A program made the translations under genes and the position numbers. Under the pieces are notes generated by a model. The model was given only the letters and a program-made list of their open reading frames with translations, searched no databases and was not told the origin of the DNA. Below, piece after piece: positions 25,701-32,000 of a DNA stretch of 32,000 nucleotides. Source of the DNA: Synechococcus elongatus PCC 6301 (GTDB taxonomy: Bacteria; Cyanobacteriota; Cyanobacteriia; Synechococcales; Synechococcaceae); the NCBI RefSeq assembly GCF_000010065.1, contig NC_006576.1, positions 1,500,001 to 1,532,000 of the forward strand, given 5' to 3'. The first letter of the stretch is position 1, and every line of letters begins with the position of its first letter.

Positions 25701-26507
25701 ACTAAGAGTTGGCAACAGCAAGGATTGACGCTCGAGCAAGCCCAACGGCGATCGCGTTATCGGGTCTTCGGTTCCAAGCCCGGTGCCTACGGCGCGGGTT
25801 TGCAGGGGTTAATTGAATCGCAGAATTGGGACTCTGCCGATGATTTGGGGCGGGCCTATCTCAATTGGAGTAGCTATGCTTACAGCGGACAAGGCATTGG
25901 TCAGCCTGAGCCCGAAGCATTTACGCAACGACTCCAACAGCTACAAATTGTGCTCCAGAATCAGGACAATCGCGAGCACGACCTACTTGATTCCGATGAC
26001 TATTATCAGTTTCAAGGTGGGCTAGCAGCAGCGACAGCCTTGATTCAAGGGCAGCAACCCCAGCTCTACTTTGGGGATCATTCCTGTATGGATAATCCCA
26101 GGGTGCGATCGCTACAACAAGAAATAGCGAGGGTTTATCGTTCCCGCGTCATCAATCCCAAATGGATTGAAGGGGCAATGCGCCATGGTTATAAAGGCGC
26201 ATTTGAAATGGCTGCAACGCTCGACTTTTTGTTTGCCTATGATGCAACAACGGCAATTGTTCCCGACTATATGTATCAGGGAGTTGCTGAGACTTATTTA
26301 CTTGATCCCAAAATTCAAGCCTTCATTCAAACCCACAATCCTTTGGCCTTGCGAGATATGGCTGATCGCCTCCTAAAAGCTCATCAGCGAGATCTCTGGC
26401 AACAGGTCAGTCCGGCACTCCTTGATCAACTGCGATCGCTTTCCCTTGAAGCAGAAGCTGATATTGAAGGTCGACTAGGAAGTATTCCAGATAACAAGTT
26501 GCGCTAG
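22716..26507 (+). CDS. cobN: Cobaltochelatase subunit CobN
   Basis: The 1263-aa protein has a CobN/Mg-chelatase H-family N-terminus (MHRLAAIPGGW...). Its length is typical of CobN rather than ChlH. Confidence 0.88.
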   Translation: MHRLAAIPGGWTPATEGVIFVEQSPAPIVFLTAADTDVSAIAQARAFLPADFPAVRVVNLLQLQQQLSIDTYAESVLAQAQVILLRLLGGRSYWSYGLEVVRETVERSGATLIVLPGDNQPDLDLMSQSALPLAEVQQGWQYFLEGGVANLANALRWAAHQGVSPRFSYEAPQRIPAVGRYPFLTALDYATTPQVGILFYRAHYLAGNLAAIDALCQALCDRSLYPVPLFVTSLRDAEIQAEIVDYFKYQPESEIQVLINTTSFSVLQPLALQREAIAEAEPSQLWQLLNVPVLQVILSGGSLESWQQDWRGLSPRDVAMNVALPEVDGRIITRAISFKATQGWNPALETDVLGYQPLPDRIQFVADLAANWVKLRTKPTCDRKVALILANYPTRNGRIANGVGLDTPASCLEILKALRQEGYYLSDLPEDVDQLIQQLTTGITNDPETQGLNPIYQCLSHEHYSAWFQTLPKTVQSAIQTRWGQPESNFAIAGIQFGNVFIGIQPARGYDRDPALNYHAPDLEPTHDYLAFYEWLRSDFGADAIVHVGKHGNLEWLPGKSLALSEQCYPEIALGPLPHFYPFIVNDPGEGSQAKRRSQAVILDHLTPPMTRAELYGGLQKLESLIDEYYDAQTLDPKRLPAIRDRISQLIQQDHLSAEIQGLTPDQDPRQLDPDQLAALITNADRYLCELKESQIRDGLHIFGSCPQGRQLRDLIISIARHPTAGRQGLTRAIAQAYGLEFDPLTADLASLLTPNLQVQSHCCRTVGEAVEQLEAIAADAIDQLLQGQAITTVTDSIELQAELDWIEQSLLPNLRQTDQEMTALLRGLAGHYIPAGPSGAPTRGRPEVLPTGRNFYAVDIRSLPTESAWDVGRKAADRLIEAYTQEQGEYPQTLALSLWGTATMRTGGDDLAEAMALIGVQPVWEGSSRRVIDFEILPLSLLQRPRVDVTLRISGFFRDAFPNLIDLFDQAIAAVADSDEPEDWNPIAAKVRQETKSWQQQGLTLEQAQRRSRYRVFGSKPGAYGAGLQGLIESQNWDSADDLGRAYLNWSSYAYSGQGIGQPEPEAFTQRLQQLQIVLQNQDNREHDLLDSDDYYQFQGGLAAATALIQGQQPQLYFGDHSCMDNPRVRSLQQEIARVYRSRVINPKWIEGAMRHGYKGAFEMAATLDFLFAYDATTAIVPDYMYQGVAETYLLDPKIQAFIQTHNPLALRDMADRLLKAHQRDLWQQVSPALLDQLRSLSLEAEADIEGRLGSIPDNKLR

Positions 26508-26596
26508 TTGGACTTTATTACAAGCAGTTGCAATCTTCGGACGATTCTGCTGTCGCTGGTTACCGTAGAACTATTCCTAATGCTTGCTCAATCCCT

Positions 26597-27118
26597 ATGA
26601 GTTCACTTGTTGTTGTCGGATTTCCCAATTCGCAAGAAGCCGAAGAAGTCCGAATCAAACTTGCTCAGCTACAGACAGAACATTTAATTGCCCTAGAAGA
26701 TGCTGTTGTTGTCAGCAAGGATTCCGAGGGCCATGTCAAACTCAATCAAGCGATTAATTTAACGGCAACTGGTGCCGTCAGCGGCGGTTTTTGGGGCACC
26801 CTTGTCGGCTTGATCTTCCTCAATCCCTTGGCGGGTGCGGCGATCGGTGCAGCGGCTGGTGCACTCAGCGGTTCCTTGAGCGACATTGGCATCAACGATG
26901 ACTTTCTGCGCGAGGTCGGCGAAACCCTGCAGGTCGGATCAGCCGCCCTCTGCCTCCTCATCCGCGAAGCAACCCCCGATCGCATCCTGAAAGAGTTGCG
27001 AGTCTACGCCAAAGACGCCCGGATTCTACAAACGAACTTGAGCTTTGCCGATGAAGAAAACCTCAAGGCAGCCCTAGAAAAAGCCAAAGCCGAAGCCCAA
27101 GCCCTGCGTCTCAATTAA
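26597..27118 (+). CDS. DUF1269-like membrane protein (glycine-zipper)
   Basis: The N-terminus (MSSLVVVGFPNSQEAEEVRIKL..LIALEDAVVVSKDSEGHVKL) is followed by the Gly-zipper GAVSGGFWGTLVGLIF...AGAAIGAAAGALSGSL. I prefer the ATG at 26597 to the track start at 26528. Confidence 0.6.
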   Translation: MSSLVVVGFPNSQEAEEVRIKLAQLQTEHLIALEDAVVVSKDSEGHVKLNQAINLTATGAVSGGFWGTLVGLIFLNPLAGAAIGAAAGALSGSLSDIGINDDFLREVGETLQVGSAALCLLIREATPDRILKELRVYAKDARILQTNLSFADEENLKAALEKAKAEAQALRLN

Positions 27119-27542
27119 TCTCCAACGCTTCGATCGCTCCTGATTACTTGAGTTGATCAAGGCTCAGATCAAGAGCGATCGCTACTTCAATACAGCTTAC
27201 TTTTGGCCGCTATCTCAACAGCAGTTCAATCCTAAGAAACTGCAGAAGCAGGGATTGAGTAATTTGATGGTTGACTGCAGTCCTTATCAGTTGCTTCTCA
27301 ACAATTATCCAACCGCAATTACGGACAGAGCACTGGACTAGCACCACTGCTAAAACCGCAAAGCTCGGACAAATATAAAGACAACTTAAAGATTTTCTAC
27401 GCCCTGCGACCTCACCAGAACAGAGCCACTATCATTTTTAAGAAAACATAAATTGATCCGCTGTAAGCCGCTGCCAGCACAAAGCTTACCGCGTTTTTGC
27501 TAAAGCCTAGTCCGCTGGTTTGTCCTCCCGGAATGTTACCCT

Positions 27543-28292
27543 ATGAAACCCCGCATCCTCGTGATCGATGATGACTCAGCCATCTTGGAGCTGGTCGCCG
27601 TCAATCTGGAGATGTCTGGCTATGACGTACGCAAAGCTGAGGACGGCATTAAAGGTCAGGCTTTAGCTGTTCAGCTAGTTCCCGACCTGATCATGCTGGA
27701 TCTAATGCTGCCGCGGGTTGATGGCTTTACCGTCTGTCAGCGACTGCGGCGCGATGAGCGTACTGCCGAAATTCCGGTGCTGATGCTGACCGCCCTCGGA
27801 CAGACTCAGGATAAGGTTGAAGGCTTCAACGCGGGTGCTGACGATTATCTGACTAAGCCCTTCGAAGTTGAAGAGATGCTGGCCCGCGTGCGTGCCTTGC
27901 TGCGGCGCACCGATCGCATTCCCCATGCAGCCCGCCATAGCGAAATTCTCAGCTACGGTCCGCTGACCCTGATTCCCGAGCGGTTTGAGGCCATTTGGTT
28001 CAACCGCACGGTCAAGCTGACTCACTTGGAATTTGAGTTGTTGCACTGCCTGTTGCAACGCCACGGCCAAACGGTTGCGCCGAGCGAAATCCTCAAAGAA
28101 GTCTGGGGCTATGATCCCGACGATGACATCGAGACGATTCGCGTCCACATCCGTCATCTGCGCACCAAGCTCGAGCCCGATCCCCGGCACCCGCGCTACA
28201 TCAAAACGGTCTATGGAGCGGGCTACTGCCTTGAGCTGCCGGCCGAGACGGAACTCCACCAACACGCCGATCAGTTTCCTTCGGCGTCCTGA
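27543..28292 (+). CDS. rpaA: OmpR-family response regulator RpaA (circadian clock output regulator)
   Basis: The 249-aa protein begins [11 protein letters not shown], has its receiver Asp in IMLDLMLP, and ends in a winged-helix domain ([13 protein letters not shown]...[10 protein letters not shown]). It matches my memory of S. elongatus RpaA. Confidence 0.9.
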
Positions 28293-29209
28293 ACCCAAGC
28301 ACTGAGCAGCACTTCCCAGACGAGTCGCGGCTGAACAAAGGCTCGCAGTTGTTTCTGTGCCTGTTCGAGCTGGAGCAGTTGCTGGGACTGCAGCTGTTGC
28401 TGGGACCAGCCCTGCTGCTGGAGGTAGCGACAAAGCCAAAGCTGGGCTTCGACGTCGAGGCCAGCATCGATCGCTTGCGCCAGTTCCAAAGCCACTTGCA
28501 AAGAGTTTGGCCGTTGCTGAAGGCGATCGCGCAATTCTGGCGGGATTGCTTGCAGTTGTTGCCAATGGCTGATAGCTGCTCCTGGACTGCCTTGAGCTAA
28601 GGCCAGAACCGCTGGCGCGTCGAGAATTTCTGTAAAGCCGTGGGTCTGCAAAATTTGCGCCATCGCCTGCTCAGAAAGGCGATAGAAGGGAATTCGCTGG
28701 CAACGAGAAACAAGGGTTGGCAGTAGCAGCTCAGGACTCGGTGCCATCAGGATAATCGTGGCTTGACCGGGCTCTTCTAGCGTTTTGAGCAACCCATTGG
28801 CTGCCGCCTCAGCCATCGTTTCAGCCTGTTCAATCACCACCAGTGATCGCGGGGCAGCGAGAGGAGGTCGTGCCAGAAACTGAGTGATTTGGCGAATTTG
28901 CTCCAGTCGCACTTGGGGCGGTGTTCGCCGCTGAATTCCCTGGGCTTGGGCTTGACTTGCAGGAATCAAGGTTCCCTGCTGGGAATAAGTCGGCTCAACC
29001 CAGAGCAGATCGGGATGATTGCCGCGAGCGACCCGTCCCGACTGATCAGCCAAGAGGAGCGGTGCCCAACAACGGGCAGCCAGTCCACGACCGGTGCCAT
29101 CAGGACCAGCAAACAGGTAAGCCGGCGCCAAGCGATCGCGATCGCAGGCTGCCAGCAGCAACTGAACGGCAAGGTCTTGACCGATGAGCGGCGCAAAGGG
29201 ATTCATCAC
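28271..29209 (-). CDS. holB: DNA polymerase III delta-prime subunit
   Basis: The motifs [22 protein letters not shown] and [10 protein letters not shown] are typical of HolB. Its ATG overlaps the tmk stop (ATGA). Confidence 0.85.
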
Positions 29210-29853
29210 CGGGGCCAGCGCTGTTGCACCACGGCTTGAATACGAGCGGCAACCTGATCAGGATCTCCAGCTGCATCGATGCGAACCACCCGATCAGGCT
29301 CTGCCGCCGCGATCGCCTGAAATCCTTGACGCAGGCGCTCTTGAAACGCCAGCCCTGCGGCCTCCATCCGATCGCCCTGACCCCGAGCTTGGCAGCGTTC
29401 TGCCGCGATCGCCACGGGCAAATCAAGCCAGAGGGTCAGATCACTGCGCAAACCAGCAGTCGCAAGGGCATTGAGTTGGGCGATCGCAGACTGATCCAAA
29501 CCCCGGCCATAGCCTTGGTAGGCCACCGTGGAATCTACATAGCGATCGCAGACGACAACGGCACCTGCGGCTAGTTGGGGCCTGAGCACGGTTTCCACAT
29601 GCTGAGCGCGATCGGCCGCATAGAGCAACAGCTCCGCCATCGGTTGCAGTGGCTGATCTGCCCAATCCTGAGTCAAGAGCAGCGATCGCAGGGCTTGACC
29701 TAAGGCCGTGTCGCCCGGCTCTCGCGTCGCCACAATCACTTGCCCAGGTTGCAATAACGAGGAGTGGGGCAGCCAATTAACCAAGCGCTGTAGCTGCGTG
29801 CTTTTGCCGCAGCCATCAATGCCTTCTAGGACAATGAAGTTACCGAAGTTCAA
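29206..29853 (-). CDS. tmk: Thymidylate kinase
   Basis: The protein has the P-loop FIVLEGIDGCGKSTQ and a DRY motif, and is 215 aa long. Confidence 0.9.
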   Translation of the reverse strand: MNFGNFIVLEGIDGCGKSTQLQRLVNWLPHSSLLQPGQVIVATREPGDTALGQALRSLLLTQDWADQPLQPMAELLLYAADRAQHVETVLRPQLAAGAVVVCDRYVDSTVAYQGYGRGLDQSAIAQLNALATAGLRSDLTLWLDLPVAIAAERCQARGQGDRMEAAGLAFQERLRQGFQAIAAAEPDRVVRIDAAGDPDQVAARIQAVVQQRWPR

Positions 29854-29951
29854 TCTTCTTCCTTGAGCCAGTCACCTTAGTGACATTACGAACAATTAAA
29901 CCTGCAGATTCTACGCTTCAATAGTCCTAATTCTTGCTTGCCTAGGCGCCC

Positions 29952-30299
29952 ATGGCTCGCTACACCTGCTCTACAACCGTTGAAATTCCTCTCGGTTCGC
30001 TCTATCCAGTGCTACATGAGACCCTAGAAGCCTGCAACCTAAGTATTCTGCACAATTCAGCAGACTATCTAGTGGCGCGGGAACCGGCTGGCAAAGTTCC
30101 TTTTTCGCAACTGGTTGTGACTGAAGTCTTGGTCAACACCACAATGGCAAAAGGCGATCGCATTTCGCTACAGTTCATTTGCAAAAACGAAGAACTGCCA
30201 TTGAAGTCCAATAACCACTGTGAACAGGTCTTTCGTCGTCTCAGCGATCGTCTGCAGCAGACCAACGAATGGAAGCTGGTTGATTTTGTTGCAGCCTAG
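29952..30299 (+). CDS. Hypothetical protein (115 aa)
   Basis: It is an ORF of reasonable length in an otherwise empty intergenic space. I recognise no motif. Confidence 0.45.
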   Translation: MARYTCSTTVEIPLGSLYPVLHETLEACNLSILHNSADYLVAREPAGKVPFSQLVVTEVLVNTTMAKGDRISLQFICKNEELPLKSNNHCEQVFRRLSDRLQQTNEWKLVDFVAA

Positions 30300-30555
30300 C
30301 ACTGCGATTCTCGACCCCGCAGCCCAACACCGTTCCTCTTCAGTCAGGCCTCGCGCAGTTTTTTGAGGCAAGCTAGCACTGTCACCTTGGCAAGAACTGC
30401 TACGAGTCAGATTAGGCCATGGCGATTGCCAGTCTGCTCAAGTCAGCTGAGTCCCTGAGCTAAAAACAGGATTTCTGCCAAAACACAATCGGGCAGCCAC
30501 CCATAACTTCGGGATCGTTAGAATCAGGGTAACGTTAACTTCTGTAACGAAATTA

Positions 30556-31167
30556 ATGGCTTCCAGCGATCGCGGTACTTCCACTTTGCAGGGCTGGCAT
30601 GCCTTACAAACGCTCTGGCGGGGCGATCAGCGATCGGTCATTCAGGGATTGCCCCACAGTCAACTCGCTCCCGCTTGGCAATTGCTCCTGCTGGGGGATG
30701 GCTCGCCCACACGCCACCTACAGCTCCTGACAGGGGAACCGACTGCGGTGGACGTCATCGAAATGGCCCCGATCGCCGATCAAGATGACGGCGCCCCTCC
30801 ACCAATCCGTGCGATCGCGGGGCCACGGCTACGGCGACAGGTCTGGTTGCGCACTGCTTCCGGTCAGCGTCTCGCCTACGCCACCTCTTGGTGGACCCAG
30901 CAGCGGGTTGATGCCTACCTACGCGATCGCGCCCAACCGATTTGGGCCAATCTTGCCGATTTACGGACAGAGCTCTATCGCGATATCCAAGGCGTTGAAT
31001 ACGGTGATAGCGCCGCTCTGAGTGAGGCTTTCGGCCAGACTGGGCCGTTCTGGGGACGCTATTACCTGTTCTGGCACCAAGGACAGCCGCTGACGCTAAT
31101 CTATGAGGTGTTTTCGCCGGCGATCGCCACCTATCTCGGACCAAGTACACCTCAGCCTGTGGTTTAG
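30556..31167 (+). CDS. Chorismate lyase (UbiC-like, DUF98 family; plastoquinone precursor pathway)
   Basis: The pattern LLLGDGSPTRHLQLLTGEPTAVDVI is typical of the cyanobacterial chorismate pyruvate-lyase family. Confidence 0.65.
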   Translation: MASSDRGTSTLQGWHALQTLWRGDQRSVIQGLPHSQLAPAWQLLLLGDGSPTRHLQLLTGEPTAVDVIEMAPIADQDDGAPPPIRAIAGPRLRRQVWLRTASGQRLAYATSWWTQQRVDAYLRDRAQPIWANLADLRTELYRDIQGVEYGDSAALSEAFGQTGPFWGRYYLFWHQGQPLTLIYEVFSPAIATYLGPSTPQPVV

Positions 31168-32000
31168 TTCAAACCCAGTTCCCGCTTCAGCAGAGCGATC
31201 GAGGCCTCGCTGATGTAGCTTTTGCTGCAGAGCAAACGGGGTAAGCGGATCAAGTCGTCCCGAATCGCACTGACGCGCTGCTTGACGTTGTCAATGCTGG
31301 ATTGATCGCAGATGATCACCGACGCACTGCGCAGCATCGCTTCCAACTTGGTTTGGTCATTGGGCTGACAGGACATGATCAGCAGTGCTTCGCCGCGCAA
31401 GCTGTGGATGATAATTTCCGCCGCCCGCAGGATGCCCGGGCTAATACTGACAATGCCGATGCAGCTACCTTCCTTTTGCTGACTCAAGAATGAGAGTTCT
31501 TCGCGATAGTCGTAGAGATCCAGCGCGATCGTGCGAGCCCCAAGGCTAGCAGTAATCGCCTCGGCATCTTGGAAGAAGTAGTGGCTTGTGACCACAGTGC
31601 CGCTGTCTTTTTGTTTGAGGATGGCGCCCAACTCTTCCAAGGGAACCACTTCAACGGGCACACCCAAGGCTTGGGACAGCTCCCGATACATCAACTCCGC
31701 CGCTCCTAGGTCTTGCAAAGGCGCTGTGACTAGGACGCTGGCGCTACAGCGCAACCGCCAATCCACCTCTGCTAAGAACAGTTCACGGATCTCAGCTAGG
31801 GAGCAACCCTGCTGCAACAACGTGTCAATGTGATCACGAATCTGTTGATCGATATCGGGATACTGCTTGCGCAAGCGCTGACTCTTCGCCGTCTCACGAG
31901 GGTCATTGCCCCCCCGCACATAGATGCCGGAACCGGCCTGGGCTTCGACAACGCCGTCTTCTTCGAGCAGGCGATAGACCTTGCTGATCGTGTTGCGATG
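31164..32000 (-). CDS. plmA: GntR-family transcriptional regulator, 5' end beyond the window (possibly PlmA)
   Basis: The frame stays open from 31919 to the window end. Translating that stretch gives ...HRNTISKVYRLLEEDGVVEAQAGSGIYVRGG, a GntR winged-helix signature. The plmA symbol rests only on my recollection that the GntR gene five genes from rpaA in S. elongatus is PlmA. Confidence 0.55.
   Translation of the reverse strand, partial: HRNTISKVYRLLEEDGVVEAQAGSGIYVRGGNDPRETAKSQRLRKQYPDIDQQIRDHIDTLLQQGCSLAEIRELFLAEVDWRLRCSASVLVTAPLQDLGAAELMYRELSQALGVPVEVVPLEELGAILKQKDSGTVVTSHYFFQDAEAITASLGARTIALDLYDYREELSFLSQQKEGSCIGIVSISPGILRAAEIIIHSLRGEALLIMSCQPNDQTKLEAMLRSASVIICDQSSIDNVKQRVSAIRDDLIRLPRLLCSKSYISEASIALLKRELGLN

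Larger units (their letters stand above)
1..32000. repeat. Dispersed HIP1 octamer (GCGATCGC), highly over-represented across the window
   Basis: I counted 13 perfect copies in nt 1-2400. Copies occur on both strands, inside genes and between them. This is the hallmark of certain cyanobacterial genomes. Confidence 0.9.

Noticed and set aside
27153-27341. 62-aa ORF in the rpaA upstream region
   Set aside because: It has a non-ATG start, no ribosome-binding site and no recognisable motif, and its composition looks like a random ORF in non-coding DNA.
30300-30555. tRNA, sRNA or terminator in the 256-nt gap before the chorismate lyase gene
   Set aside because: The only structure is a weak hairpin (GCCTC-N12-GAGGC around 30347-30368) whose T-run sits in the loop. 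There is no cloverleaf-compatible sequence. The support is not enough to annotate anything.
1-32000. The recurring GCGATCGC copies as a possible CRISPR or tandem repeat array
   Set aside because: The copies are 8-nt palindromes scattered irregularly inside genes on both strands, with no constant spacer length and no longer repeat unit. This is the dispersed HIP1 element, not an array.

Overview
This window looks like native chromosome of a Synechococcus elongatus-type cyanobacterium (PCC 7942/6301 lineage). The octamer GCGATCGC (HIP1) is very dense: I counted 13 perfect copies in the first 2.4 kb. The 484-aa photolyase matches my memory of the classic Anacystis nidulans enzyme, and the 249-aa response regulator matches RpaA. 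From memory only, the gene order also fits the Synpcc7942_0090-0118 neighbourhood read in reverse.

Most of the window is tightly packed housekeeping genes:
- an LpxB-like fragment, a nucleoside deaminase, gatB and a PfkB fructokinase
- petL (missing from the ORF track), phr, an Hsp70-like ATPase with an HTH/GrpE-like partner, dps and sulfiredoxin
- a GTPase, nadD-nadE, NDH-2, MazG, pyruvate kinase and cobN
- rpaA, holB-tmk, chorismate lyase and a GntR regulator

I found no rRNA, tRNA, CRISPR array, transposase or integrase.

The stand-out is a 1.5-kb AT-rich, HIP1-free islet (about 4140-5640) between gatB and the fructokinase gene. It carries one orphan 443-aa ORF (4160..5491, minus strand) whose C-terminal region contains an RNxxxH (Rx4H) HEPN-type motif. 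I read it as a candidate stand-alone HEPN ribonuclease defence or abortive-infection gene with an ApeA-like architecture. It has no partner gene and no mobility genes.

A second, weaker atypical segment (about 16230-17620) encodes a signal-peptide protein translationally coupled to a small ankyrin-repeat protein, next to a Uma2-family endonuclease.

Other points worth a second look:
- a Trp in place of a family-conserved FAD-site Arg in the photolyase
- the HTH+GrpE-like / Hsp70-like pair
- a small secreted HExxH protein
- several convergent 3' gene overlaps, including rpaA/holB

All functional calls come from reading motifs in the supplied translations. No database search was run.
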